This document shows, piece after piece, positions 17,633 through 27,609 of a stretch of DNA of 64,000 bases. The position numbers and the translations under genes are program-made. Source of the DNA: Bacillota bacterium (GTDB lineage Bacteria > Bacillota > Limnochordia > Darwinibacteriales > Darwinibacteriaceae); assembly GCA_030054835.1 (NCBI GenBank), contig JASGVS010000010.1:74276-138275 (forward strand). The letters run 5' to 3'. Numbering within the stretch: the first letter of the stretch is position 1; each line of letters begins with the position of its first letter. The notes below the pieces were generated by a model. The model was given only the letters and a program-made list of their open reading frames with translations, was not told the origin of the DNA and did no database searches.

Positions 17633-18868
17633 TTACCCCAGATCGATCCCACGGACAGCACCTCCTAAACGCTTCAGTTCGCTGAAAAAGTGAGGATAGG
17701 ATTTCCGTACCGCTTCTGCCCCCTCAATCAGCACCCCGTCCTCCGTCTGCAGAGCTACTATGGCCAGAGCCATGGCGATCCGGTGATCGCCGTGTGAGTC
17801 GGCAGTCCCACCCATTATGGGCTTACCGCCTGTGATTATCAACTGCTCCGCACCTTCCTCCACGGCAGCACCTAGTTTTCTAAGCTCCACCGCGAGGGCA
17901 TGGAGCCGATCGCTTTCCTTCAGCCGCAGCCGTCCCGCGCCTGAAAGCACAGTTCGGCCCACGCGGCAGCAGGCGGCCACCGCAAGGGGCGGGACTAAAT
18001 CGGGAACCTGACTCACATCGATCTCTATCTCCCTATCACTCTCGGGCCTGAGCCGGGCTAACAGCTCGAGAATTACCCTATCCCCCTGAACGCTGTCAGG
18101 ATTCAGCCCACGAACTTCCACGCCATGGCCTAAATAACGGGCAACAAGCCAAAAGGCCGCCTGGGAGTAGTCGCCTTCTACAGTGAGGGATTCTGCAGGC
18201 AGGCAATACCGCTGGTTACCCGGTACAAGCCAACCCTTGAGTTCTCCCCCGTCCGCAATAATCCGGTCAACCACGATACCGAACTGTTCCAGCACACTTT
18301 CTGTGATTGCTGCGTACGGTTCAGATTCCAAGGGAGAAGTGAGCCAAATTTCGCTGTTGCCAGTCAGCAGTGGCAGAGCGAAGAGCAAACCGGTAACATA
18401 TTGTGAACTGACCGAGCCCGGAACATAGTAAGTGGAGCCCACCAGCTGCCCACGCAGCTTAAGGGGCAGGCAGCCTTGGGCGGGAAAGTTCAGGTCAACG
18501 CCTTTCCCTGCCATAATCTCCCCGTATTCCCGCAGTGGGCGCCTGCTTAGAGTCGCCTCTCCTGTAAACAAGACCGTTTTTCCCAAAGCAGCCGCAATGG
18601 GCACAAGAAACCGCAAGGTGGAAGCGGACTCACCACAGTCAAGCAGGACGGGTTCGCTGTCCTGGTCCAATAGGGCACGGATAGAGCGGATCGTTGCCGC
18701 CAAATCCTCCGATGTTCCTTCATCTACTCCCTGCACCAGTTTAACTCCTGAACCGTTCTCAACCGCCAACGATCCAGCTATTAACAGTCGGTGGGCAATG
18801 CTTTTGCTGGGAGGTACGGTAACAACCCCCTGTAGAGAGCTGGGACCCACAAAAACGTTATTCACCAC
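17633..18868 (-). CDS. aroA: 3-phosphoshikimate 1-carboxyvinyltransferase (EPSP synthase)
   Basis: VTVPPSKSIAHRLLIAGSLA... and EPSP synthase fold-length (411 aa); overlaps aroB stop. Confidence 0.85.
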   Translation of the reverse strand: MVNNVFVGPSSLQGVVTVPPSKSIAHRLLIAGSLAVENGSGVKLVQGVDEGTSEDLAATIRSIRALLDQDSEPVLLDCGESASTLRFLVPIAAALGKTVLFTGEATLSRRPLREYGEIMAGKGVDLNFPAQGCLPLKLRGQLVGSTYYVPGSVSSQYVTGLLFALPLLTGNSEIWLTSPLESEPYAAITESVLEQFGIVVDRIIADGGELKGWLVPGNQRYCLPAESLTVEGDYSQAAFWLVARYLGHGVEVRGLNPDSVQGDRVILELLARLRPESDREIEIDVSQVPDLVPPLAVAACCRVGRTVLSGAGRLRLKESDRLHALAVELRKLGAAVEEGAEQLIITGGKPIMGGTADSHGDHRIAMALAIVALQTEDGVLIEGAEAVRKSYPHFFSELKRLGGAVRGIDLG

Positions 18869-19919
18869 TCCACACCTCCCCCAAAAGCTGCTCTAATTTG
18901 CCTATGGCAATGGGTTTCAGGAGAGACAGGCCTATCTTCTGCAGTAAAACAAACTGAACTTCACTGCCCCACCGCTTTTTGTCACTGGCGAGGGCGGGAA
19001 CGAGCTTCTCAAGTGGAATCTCACTTTCAGTGGGCAATCCCCATTTTTCCAAAAGACGCACCAAGCGGGATCTAACCTCCCGTTCTGTTACATCTAGCCT
19101 TTCCCCTATCTTCAGTGCAGTCACCATACCTATAGCTACTGCTTCGCCGTGGGTGTATCGACTGAATTTCGTTGCCTGTTCTAAGGCATGACCGATGGTG
19201 TGGCCGAAGTTGAGAAGGTTCCGCTCCCCCTTGTCCCTTTCATCCCTAGCCACTACTTCCGCTTTGAGCTGGACGGAGCGGTAGACAAGTTCAGCCAAAT
19301 CTACCTCTTCCCTTTCCAACGCGGAAAAAAGGGCTTCGTCGAATAGGCAGCCGTATTTGATCACTTCTGCCATACCTTCCGCAAACCGCCTCGGCTCCAG
19401 GGTCTGGAGCGTTTTCAGATCGGCCACGACAGCCTTGGGAGGGTAAAATGCGCCTACCATGTTCTTGCCAAAGGGCAGATCAATACCCGTCTTACCGCCC
19501 ACTGCCGCATCCACTTGGGCCAAGAGGGTGGTTGGTACCTGCAGATGGGCCACGCCCCGCAGGTAGGTGGCAGCTGCAAAACCGGCCAAATCCCCCACAA
19601 CTCCACCGCCTAGGGCAATAACGCCGTCGATGCGGGAAAGGTGTGCGGCGTGGCAAGCGTTATAGAGGGAGTACAGTGTGTCTAGGGTTTTGCTTTCCTC
19701 ACCGGGATTAATGATCACGCTTTCCACCTCAAAGCCCAGTTCAACTAGGGAAGTGCGGCAGGGATCAAGGTAAAGGCGTGCAACGTTCTGGTCGGTGACA
19801 ATAAGCGCGCGCCTACCCGGCCAGGCAGTGCGGGCGATTTCTCCCACGCGGGAGAGAAGTCCACTTCCGATCAGGACAGGGTACTCTCCCACTGCAGAAC
19901 TTACGTTAACCCTTTTCAC
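18858..19919 (-). CDS. aroB: 3-dehydroquinate synthase
   Basis: GGGVVGDLAGFAAATYLRGV... NAD/metal-binding motifs of DHQ synthase; 353 aa. Confidence 0.85.
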   Translation of the reverse strand: MKRVNVSSAVGEYPVLIGSGLLSRVGEIARTAWPGRRALIVTDQNVARLYLDPCRTSLVELGFEVESVIINPGEESKTLDTLYSLYNACHAAHLSRIDGVIALGGGVVGDLAGFAAATYLRGVAHLQVPTTLLAQVDAAVGGKTGIDLPFGKNMVGAFYPPKAVVADLKTLQTLEPRRFAEGMAEVIKYGCLFDEALFSALEREEVDLAELVYRSVQLKAEVVARDERDKGERNLLNFGHTIGHALEQATKFSRYTHGEAVAIGMVTALKIGERLDVTEREVRSRLVRLLEKWGLPTESEIPLEKLVPALASDKKRWGSEVQFVLLQKIGLSLLKPIAIGKLEQLLGEVWSGE

Positions 19920-19931
19920 ACAACCACCCCT

Positions 19932-20951
19932 TTACAGGCTGCGGCCCACCGCAGCAGCTACCGCCCTTAGTTTGGCAAACAGATCTGCAAATTGGGCCGG
20001 CGTCAAAGACTGGGCTCCATCGGATAGGGCTGCAGGAGGATTGTGGTGCACTTCGATCAATAGTCCATCGGCACCGGCAGCCACGGCAGCCAAGGAGAGG
20101 GGTTCAACTAACCAAGCACTGCCCCCTGCATGGCTTGGGTCGACAAAAACGGGTAGGTGGGTCAGGCGTTTCAGCACGGGAATTGCACTGATATCCAAGG
20201 TGTTGCGGGTTGCCGTTTCAAAGGTACGGATTCCCCGCTCGCAGAGGATAACTTGGCTGTTTCCACCTTTGAGGATATACTCTGCGGACATGAGTAGTTC
20301 AGCTAGAGTATTGGCAAAGCCCCGCTTGAGCAAAATGGGCTTGTCCGTCTTGCCCAGCTCCTTTAGAAGCTCGAAATTCTGCATGCTGCGGGCCCCGACC
20401 TGAATAACGTCTACGCAGACCAGAAAATCATCCAGGTAAGTGATATCTGTAATCTCCGATATTACAGGCAGGCCGTTTTCCGCTGCCACTTCTTTTAAGT
20501 ACCGCAGCCCATCCCTCTCCAATCCCTGGAAGGAGTAGGGAGAAGTGCGCGGTTTGAAGGCGCCTCCGCGCAGCAGCCTAGCGCCTGCCGCCTTTACTCC
20601 TTGGGCAGTGGTGTTCAGCTGCTCCTTTGATTCAACTGAGCAGGGCCCGGCGCCAATCACTAGCTGGCTACCGCCAATCACTACATCGCCCAATTCTACC
20701 AGCGTATCCTGGGGATGAGAGCGGCGGTCGGCCAGTTTGTAGCGTTCCCGGACCTGAATGACTCGCTCCACACCGGGCAGAAGACCAAGTCTTTCCGGCT
20801 CAAGCTGGCTCGTATCGCCTAAAAGAACGATGATAGTCGAACCTTCCCCCGCGATAGCCTGAGGGTTTACACCCAATTTTGCTAGGTCTTGGCAGAGTTG
20901 ATCCACGTGTGCTTTTGTTATATTCTCTTTGAGGATGATCAGCATCTCCAT
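19932..20951 (-). CDS. aroF: 3-deoxy-7-phosphoheptulonate (DAHP) synthase with N-terminal ferredoxin-like regulatory domain (Thermotoga/KDO8PS-like type)
   Basis: Extra N-terminal ~70 aa; then ...VIGGSQLVIGAGPCSVESKEQL...GARLLRGGAFKPRTSPYSFQG.. characteristic of the type I-beta DAHPS/KDO8PS-like class; first gene of operon. Confidence 0.8.
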   Translation of the reverse strand: MEMLIILKENITKAHVDQLCQDLAKLGVNPQAIAGEGSTIIVLLGDTSQLEPERLGLLPGVERVIQVRERYKLADRRSHPQDTLVELGDVVIGGSQLVIGAGPCSVESKEQLNTTAQGVKAAGARLLRGGAFKPRTSPYSFQGLERDGLRYLKEVAAENGLPVISEITDITYLDDFLVCVDVIQVGARSMQNFELLKELGKTDKPILLKRGFANTLAELLMSAEYILKGGNSQVILCERGIRTFETATRNTLDISAIPVLKRLTHLPVFVDPSHAGGSAWLVEPLSLAAVAAGADGLLIEVHHNPPAALSDGAQSLTPAQFADLFAKLRAVAAAVGRSL

Positions 20952-21110
20952 CCCCCTTTCCTGTAGATACTTCTCTATTCATAGGTCCAGCCCTGTCCCC
21001 CGTGGGAGAAGGATTTCACAGGGCATAATGAGAAGAGGTTCATATGTATTATACATTACTGGGGCCGGACAAAACCGGTCTCTAAGATTTTTCAGCAGGA
21101 GGATGTACTT

Positions 21111-22409
21111 TTGGCAGTCACAAGCAACACTCAGGATAGGATTCTCTTCACTTTTGTCATCTGCATTTCTTTGCTTTTCATTTCTGCATCTTTCTTCGCC
21201 GGGCCTTTAGGTGAACTGCTGCCCGGCCTTTGGCGTATCCAAATCAGTCCCCAAGTACTGACCACAGATGCCACTGCGGTAGGCGGGTTGAACGGAGCCC
21301 TGCTCAATGCCGGTCTGTTGGGTCTTGCTGCCGCAGCTCTGCTTAGGTTTTCTGGTGCGGATGCAGGCGGCTCCATGGGGGCTTTTTTTATCACCTTAGG
21401 CTTCGCCTTTTTCGGGAAGAACCTGCTCAACATCTGGCCCATTATTCTTGGCAGCTATTTTCACGCTAAGCTGAAAAAAGAGCCCTTTAAGAGCTACGCA
21501 CCCACAGCCCTATTGGCCTGTGCCTTGGCCCCTTTGATCAGCGAAGTCCTTTTTAACCGATACCTTGTGTATCCCCTCTGGCTGGGCATTTCTGCAGCCA
21601 CACTGTTGGGCGTAGTTATCGGTTTAGTATTTCCGGCCATCACTGCCCAGGCGGTGAAGTTCCACAAAGGGCACAACCTCTTTAACGCAGGCGTCTCGGC
21701 GGGATTTTTCGCCTTTCTTCTGTTTTCAGTGTACAGAACGCTGCTGCTGCGACCTTTAGGCTTGGATAGACAGTATTCCCTGAACAGCGTCCTTTCTGAG
21801 GGGTTTCCCCTCTTCTTTACCGTCCTTTTGGGTATTGTCTTTCTAGGAGCAATTGCAGCCGGGTACATCCTAAGCGGCCGTTCTTTTGCAGGCTACCGTA
21901 CGCTCCTTGGCCGCAGCGGTTTTCAGGCTGATTTTCTAGCATCAGACGGCGTGGGCAGCGTCCTGATCAACTTCGGCGTCTTGGGCTTTGTGAGCCTCGC
22001 CTATTTTCACCTGGGCGGTGCACCCTTTACCGGGCCCACGGTAGGGGCGCTCCTCAACATCTTGGCCTGGGCAGGCAAGGGTTCCCATCCCCGTAATGTG
22101 ATTCCCATCATGCTCGGTTACTGGTTCATTTCCCTACCGGCCGCCTGGGATCTGACCAATCAGTCCATGGCGGTTGCCCTCTGCTTTGCCACGGGCCTGG
22201 CACCCCTCAGCGGCCGCTGGGGCTGGTGGTGGGGTATTGCCGCAGGGGCGCTCCACGCCTCCATCGCCTTTTACACCCCCACCATTTACGGCGGCTTTAA
22301 CCTTTACAACGGCGGGTTTGTGGCGGGCATAGTTGCCTTTTTATTGGTACCCGTTTTGGAGGCTTTCTTCAAGGAGAGGACTCCTTCTGTCGAAAGCCCG
22401 GTTGAGTAA
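21111..22409 (+). CDS. polytopic membrane protein (DUF1576-like), function unknown
   Basis: 432 aa, ~10 TM helices, Gly/Ala/Leu-rich; TTG start with AGGAGG RBS; family assignment tentative. Confidence 0.55.
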   Translation: MAVTSNTQDRILFTFVICISLLFISASFFAGPLGELLPGLWRIQISPQVLTTDATAVGGLNGALLNAGLLGLAAAALLRFSGADAGGSMGAFFITLGFAFFGKNLLNIWPIILGSYFHAKLKKEPFKSYAPTALLACALAPLISEVLFNRYLVYPLWLGISAATLLGVVIGLVFPAITAQAVKFHKGHNLFNAGVSAGFFAFLLFSVYRTLLLRPLGLDRQYSLNSVLSEGFPLFFTVLLGIVFLGAIAAGYILSGRSFAGYRTLLGRSGFQADFLASDGVGSVLINFGVLGFVSLAYFHLGGAPFTGPTVGALLNILAWAGKGSHPRNVIPIMLGYWFISLPAAWDLTNQSMAVALCFATGLAPLSGRWGWWWGIAAGALHASIAFYTPTIYGGFNLYNGGFVAGIVAFLLVPVLEAFFKERTPSVESPVE

Positions 22410-22416
22410 GTTAGCT

Positions 22417-22448
22417 AAGCCCTCGGCTGCAGGCCGAGGGCTTTTTCC
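22417..22448. terminator. bidirectional intrinsic terminator between convergent genes
   Basis: aaGCCCTCGGCtgcagGCCGAGGGCttttt. Confidence 0.65.
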
Positions 22449-22470
22449 TTCCTTAGCAATGTGCTCTGCA

Positions 22471-24636
22471 CTAGTTTACCTCACCGAGAATTAAGACACT
22501 GGTATGGTAACCGCTTGCCAAAGCCTTACCATCCGGCGAAAAGGCAAGTGTCTCCAGGCTGCGGGGAAAACCGGTAAACACCCGGAGTTCTTCCCCTGTT
22601 AAGGTATGCCAGATCCTTACGGTACCATCATAGGAGCCGCTGGCTAAATACCTGCCGTCCTGGGACCAGCTGAGGGCGGTAACCAGATCTGCATGCCCCT
22701 CCAGCACAAATACAGTTTCTGCGGTGGCCACATCCCAGATGCGGATATCTCCGTCGTAGGAACCGCTGGCTAGATACTTCCCATCGGGCGACCAGCACAG
22801 GCTGCGGATCCAAGCCCTATGGCCCCTGAACTTCCCTTTCACCGCATTGGAGCCTGCTTCGTAAAGAACCACTTCATCGGCCGCTCCACCCACCGCTACC
22901 ACGCTGCCCAGGGGTGACCAGGCAACTGCCCGGACCCAGCCTCCTTCGTTTTTGATCTGGAGTGTCTGTTTTCCCTGCTGCATATCCCACACACCCACCG
23001 TTTCATCCCAACTGCCGCTGAGTAAATAGCGGCTGTCGGGGGACCAGTCCAGGGACAAAACCCAATCTTCGTGGCTTACCGATTTGAGGCCAACCGCGAA
23101 CTCAAAGCCTTCTTTATGGACAAAGGGCTTAGGGATCCGCTCAGTCAACCGTTTTAACATGCGGCCGGTGACAGGATCATACAGGAAAATCAGCATATCC
23201 TGTCCGCCGCTCGCCAAATATTTCCCATCCTGGGACCAGGCCAGCGTCTCTATCACGTCTCGGTGAAAACCGGAGAACTCATGCTTCTCCTCTTTACTGA
23301 CGAAATCCCAAATGCGCACCACCCGATCTACTCCGCCGGTGGCGAGGGAACTACCGTCAGGGGACCAGGCAACCGCTTTGATGGCGCCAATGTGACCAAC
23401 AATGGCGAAGATTTGATCACCGGAAACGGCGGACCAGACGTTCACACTGCATTTCGTTCCACCGCTGGCCAGTTTGTCACCTGCAGGTGACCACGCAACG
23501 GCAAGGATGTTTTCCCTGTGGTAAATTACCTTCTCTTGTTTACCAGTTGCCGAATTCCAAATCCGGATAGACCCATCGGCACTGGCACTGGCCAGCTGTT
23601 TCCCCTTGGGTGACCATTGTACAGCATTGATCTGTTGGACATGGCCCGCCAGTTCCAGATAGGCATCTTCCGAAAAATCTGTGAAGACGCGCAGCTTGCC
23701 GCTGCTTTCCCCCACCGCCAGTTGATTACCGCTGCCCCACTTAAGGAGGGCAACCCAATCCTTAGTCTGTTTTGTGTGTAGTTTTTCCCCGGTACGGGCA
23801 GCCCAAATACTTACCTGGCGGTCATCGCCACCAGTGGCTAGATAGCTGCCATCCAGGGACCAGGCTGCCGCCTTGACCCAGCCGCCATGTTCCAAAAGCA
23901 GGAGTTCTTCACCCGTTTCCCCGTCCCAAACCCGGGCTGTTCTGTCCCAGCTTGTACTTAGGAGTCTGCTGCCATCGGGTGACCAATCCAAGGCAGAAAC
24001 GTAACCGTCGTGGTTTGACAATACGTGCAGCTGTTCATTACTGGTAAGATCCCAAATAATGATGGTGCCATCGCTGTCGCCGCTGGCCAATTTCTCTCCC
24101 TTGGGTGAGAGGGCCATGGCTGTAATACCTGTTTGGTGGCCTGTTAGGGAGGCGACCATCAGACCGTTTTCAACTTCCCAGATCCTGATGGTTCGATCCT
24201 CGCTGCCGCTGATCAACCGGCTGCCATCGGGAAGCCAGGCAACGGCACTAACCCAGCGGGTATGGGCGGCACCTAGACTAAAGAGAGAACCCCAGTGGGA
24301 AAAACCCACTTCCGGCTCCTGACGAGCGGTGAATACGATTTCCCCTTCTTCACTTACCCGCACTTGAGCAGGTTCAAAACTGAAGCCTGTTTTACGTGGG
24401 GTAATGACCACTTCACCGTCCGCCTCAAAGCTCCATCTGCCTTGGTGATCCGTTTCCACCTGCGTTGAGTGCTCTCCGGTAATTAGAATGTTGACGCCTG
24501 CCAAACCGATACCGTCCAAAGTGATCTGGCCTGAGACTGAAAATCCTTCCTCAGGCCTACACCCCGCCAGCTGGATCGTAACAGTTACAAGCGTCAGTAA
24601 AACAAAAAAAGACTTAGCCCACCGCAAACTGGGCAC
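22471..24636 (-). CDS. secreted/lipoprotein WD40-repeat beta-propeller protein with N-terminal carboxypeptidase-regulatory-like domain
   Basis: Signal peptide with lipobox (IQLAGC), ~90-aa Ig/CarbopepD_reg-like segment, then about 14 WD40 repeats (repeated ...GH...V..VA.SPDG..LASGS.D.T.R.WD... units). Confidence 0.75.
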   Translation of the reverse strand: MPSLRWAKSFFVLLTLVTVTIQLAGCRPEEGFSVSGQITLDGIGLAGVNILITGEHSTQVETDHQGRWSFEADGEVVITPRKTGFSFEPAQVRVSEEGEIVFTARQEPEVGFSHWGSLFSLGAAHTRWVSAVAWLPDGSRLISGSEDRTIRIWEVENGLMVASLTGHQTGITAMALSPKGEKLASGDSDGTIIIWDLTSNEQLHVLSNHDGYVSALDWSPDGSRLLSTSWDRTARVWDGETGEELLLLEHGGWVKAAAWSLDGSYLATGGDDRQVSIWAARTGEKLHTKQTKDWVALLKWGSGNQLAVGESSGKLRVFTDFSEDAYLELAGHVQQINAVQWSPKGKQLASASADGSIRIWNSATGKQEKVIYHRENILAVAWSPAGDKLASGGTKCSVNVWSAVSGDQIFAIVGHIGAIKAVAWSPDGSSLATGGVDRVVRIWDFVSKEEKHEFSGFHRDVIETLAWSQDGKYLASGGQDMLIFLYDPVTGRMLKRLTERIPKPFVHKEGFEFAVGLKSVSHEDWVLSLDWSPDSRYLLSGSWDETVGVWDMQQGKQTLQIKNEGGWVRAVAWSPLGSVVAVGGAADEVVLYEAGSNAVKGKFRGHRAWIRSLCWSPDGKYLASGSYDGDIRIWDVATAETVFVLEGHADLVTALSWSQDGRYLASGSYDGTVRIWHTLTGEELRVFTGFPRSLETLAFSPDGKALASGYHTSVLILGEVN

Positions 24637-24706
24637 CTCCGATCAATTCTCCTCTATCATGTATGTTAAATTATACCTGCCAACGCCAAACCCTGCCCAT
24701 TATCCG

Positions 24707-25846
24707 TCATATTCCCCAAGCTATTTTCAGAAACCTGGCCAAATCAGCACTGGTAGCCGCCAAATTCGCCTGGGAATACTGTTTTGCTTCAGAAAAGGGC
24801 AGTGCTGCCCTGTTGATAGTAAACACGGCATCGATTCCCTCTGAATAACCCTTTTCGGCACCTTCACCCACTTCCCCCACAATGGCGATACACGGTACAC
24901 CCTGCTTTTTGGCGCGCTGGGCCACACCCCAAGGCGCCTTACCGTAAAAACTCTGCCCATCCAGTCTGCCTTCACCCGTTATCACCAAAGCAGCAGAGGA
25001 AATCAGTTCATCAAACTTGATGGTGTCTAACAGGACGTCTATTCCCGGGCTGAGCCTAGCAGAGGTAAAGGCCAAGAAGGCTGCGCCCAGCCCACCTGCA
25101 GCACCGGCACCAGGCAGATGGGCCACATCTGCTCCGAGCTCAGCCCGGAGTACGACCGCGTAGTTTCTCAGGTTATCATCTAAAAGGGTCACCATTTCAG
25201 GCGTTGCCCCTTTTTGAGGCCCAAACACGTGGGCCGCGCCGTTTGGTCCGAACAGGGGGTTTGTCACATCGCTAGCCACAAGGATTTGACACGTGTCAAG
25301 CCTCTTATCCTTACCTCTCACGTCAATGCGGTGGAGATCGGCAAGGCCTTGACCGGTAAGGGGGATAGGGTTGGTCTGATCATCTAAGAATTTGACCCCG
25401 AGCGCAGCGAGCATGCCAATTCCCCCGTCCACCGTCGCGCTCCCGCCCAGGCCAATAATGAGCTTGTCGCAGCCCCGATCAAGGGCGTTTGCGATCAGCT
25501 GGCCCGTACCATAAGTAGAGGCGCAGAGCGGATCCCCTTCCCCCTCTAGCAAGGGCAGACCGGACGCGGCAGCCATTTCAATCACTGCCGTACTCTTATC
25601 CGGCAGCAAACCGTAAGCGGCCTCAATCTCTCTGCCAAACGGATCCTGCACCAAAACATAGATCTTTTCCCCACCCAAAGCGGCAAGAAAGGCATCTACC
25701 GTCCCTTCGCCTCCGTCCCCAATGGGAACCTGGACATACTCCAGGGCAGGCAGGACCGCCTGAAAATTCTCGGCAATGATCCGGCACACCTCAAGGGAAG
25801 GCATCGTTCCCTTAAATGAGTCAACCGCAATCACAATCCGCTCCAT
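24707..25846 (-). CDS. glycerate kinase (GlxK/GarK family)
   Basis: MERIVIAVDSFKGTMPSLEVC...GDGGEGTVDAF... typical glycerate kinase N-terminus; 379 aa. Confidence 0.8.
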   Translation of the reverse strand: MERIVIAVDSFKGTMPSLEVCRIIAENFQAVLPALEYVQVPIGDGGEGTVDAFLAALGGEKIYVLVQDPFGREIEAAYGLLPDKSTAVIEMAAASGLPLLEGEGDPLCASTYGTGQLIANALDRGCDKLIIGLGGSATVDGGIGMLAALGVKFLDDQTNPIPLTGQGLADLHRIDVRGKDKRLDTCQILVASDVTNPLFGPNGAAHVFGPQKGATPEMVTLLDDNLRNYAVVLRAELGADVAHLPGAGAAGGLGAAFLAFTSARLSPGIDVLLDTIKFDELISSAALVITGEGRLDGQSFYGKAPWGVAQRAKKQGVPCIAIVGEVGEGAEKGYSEGIDAVFTINRAALPFSEAKQYSQANLAATSADLARFLKIAWGI

Positions 25847-25949
25847 GGCCTATCCCTCCCAAACCGAACGAGCCGCCCATGCTGCTCTCCTATCGTAAAA
25901 ATATTCTGGCGTATACCCCGAATACCTCCCGTGCCGTGAAACTGGCACA

Positions 25950-25980
25950 ATAAAAAAACCGCACCGAAGTGCGGTTTCAG
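25950..25980 (-). terminator. intrinsic terminator after metal ABC permease gene
   Basis: minus-strand reading: ACCGCACttcgGTGCGGTttttttta. Confidence 0.6.
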
Positions 25981-25992
25981 CGAAGCACAGTC

Positions 25993-26853
25993 CTATTGTT
26001 CCACTTTAACGCTGCTCTGACTTTGGCGCCGCAGTAGATGGGTGTGGACGCGTTTGGCTGCCAAGGCGATCAAATAACCTAGGCCTGTCAATACCACGAT
26101 CACCGCCCCTGCGGGCAGGTTGAAGTGGTAGGAAGCGATCAGGCCGGCCAGTGTGAAGCCTAAGCTTAGCAGGGATGCCGCAACCATCATGCGGCTCAAT
26201 TTGGATGTGTAAAGTCCAGCGATGGCAGCGGGCAGCGTGAGCAGGGCGATCACTAGAATCAAACCCACGATTTTCATCAGGATAACTACCGTCAAGGCGA
26301 TCAGGCAGAGGAGCAGCATGTAAAGGAAGTCAACGGGCAGTCCCCGCAGCCTAGCCTGTTCCTCATCGAAGACGACAGCCATGAACTGCCGGTAAAAGAC
26401 GGCCACAATGAGGAGTATGGCGGCATCCAAAATCAGCAGGATGCGCAACACCGGATCGGTAACCATGAGGATGTTGCCGAACAAAAAGCTCATGAGATCT
26501 ACATTGTAGCCGGGTGTGAGGGACATGAAGATAATACCCACTGCCATACCCACCGCCCATAGGGCTCCCATAATGGTGTCTTCGTGCTGTTTCGCTCTGA
26601 GGTTGACAAAACCCATTAGGAGGGCGGAGAAAACAGCCGCAGCAATAGCACCATGCAGGGGATCGGCGCCTAAGTAATAGGCAACACCCATACCCCCTAA
26701 CACGGCGTGGGCAATGCCGCCGCTGATAAACGTGATCCGCTTTACCACCACATAAGTACCGATAATCCCGCTGGCCAGGCTGGCCAGGATACCGGCCGCC
26801 ACCGCGTTCTGCATAAAGCTGAATTGTTGCAGTGCTTGAAAAAACTCACCCAT
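25993..26853 (-). CDS. znuB: metal (Zn/Mn) ABC transporter permease
   Basis: 286-aa ABC-3 family permease pattern; third gene of operon. Confidence 0.7.
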   Translation of the reverse strand: MGEFFQALQQFSFMQNAVAAGILASLASGIIGTYVVVKRITFISGGIAHAVLGGMGVAYYLGADPLHGAIAAAVFSALLMGFVNLRAKQHEDTIMGALWAVGMAVGIIFMSLTPGYNVDLMSFLFGNILMVTDPVLRILLILDAAILLIVAVFYRQFMAVVFDEEQARLRGLPVDFLYMLLLCLIALTVVILMKIVGLILVIALLTLPAAIAGLYTSKLSRMMVAASLLSLGFTLAGLIASYHFNLPAGAVIVVLTGLGYLIALAAKRVHTHLLRRQSQSSVKVEQ

Positions 26854-26874
26854 ACTAACCCCACATCTCCAGTT

Positions 26875-27606
26875 CTACAGCGCGCAGCGGTGCTGAATCA
26901 TTTCTACCGGACTCCGATAGAGCCCAGCCAACACTTCGCTTGTTATCTCTTCCGTTTTATGAACCGCAAGCCATTGATTGAGGCAGGCCACTTTATTCAC
27001 GTAAGCGGAGACGAAGCCCAAATCATGGGACACGATGAGAATGGTGATCTCTTCATTCAGGCGGGACAACAGCTCATAGACATCTTGTTCCACGCGGGAA
27101 TCCACACTGGCCGTTGGTTCGTCCAGAATTAAAAGCTTCGGTTTGGCCACTAAAGCCCGGGCGATCAACACCCTCTGTTTCTGCCCGCCGGAAAGATCGC
27201 CATAGCGGTATTCCCCCAAGTTGTCTACACCCAAAAGTCCCATGGCCTCCTGGGCCGCAGCGTAGTCCTCCCTTTTGTAGCGGGGGAAAAATGCCCGGCG
27301 CTCCAACCTTCCCATTAGCACCACTTCCAACGCGCTCACCGGGAAATCGGGGTCAAAAACACCGTGTTGAGGGACATAGCCTACCATATGTCTGGCCTTG
27401 GCAGGGGGTAGACCGAACACCCGCACTTTACCCCGTTCCGCCTTGAGAGATCCTAGGATCAACCGGAGCAGCGTTGTCTTTCCGCCGCCATTGGGGCCCA
27501 CCACTGCCATGTAATCCTTGGGCTCCACTGTTAAATTGATGTCGCTCAAAACAGGACGGTGGTCGTAGGCAAAACTTACGCCTTCGATACTTATCACTTT
27601 ATCCAT
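26875..27606 (-). CDS. znuC: metal ABC transporter ATP-binding protein
   Basis: GPNGGGKTTLL Walker A, LSGGQKQRV signature; 243 aa. Confidence 0.75.
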   Translation of the reverse strand: MDKVISIEGVSFAYDHRPVLSDINLTVEPKDYMAVVGPNGGGKTTLLRLILGSLKAERGKVRVFGLPPAKARHMVGYVPQHGVFDPDFPVSALEVVLMGRLERRAFFPRYKREDYAAAQEAMGLLGVDNLGEYRYGDLSGGQKQRVLIARALVAKPKLLILDEPTASVDSRVEQDVYELLSRLNEEITILIVSHDLGFVSAYVNKVACLNQWLAVHKTEEITSEVLAGLYRSPVEMIQHRCAL

Positions 27607-27609
27607 CGC

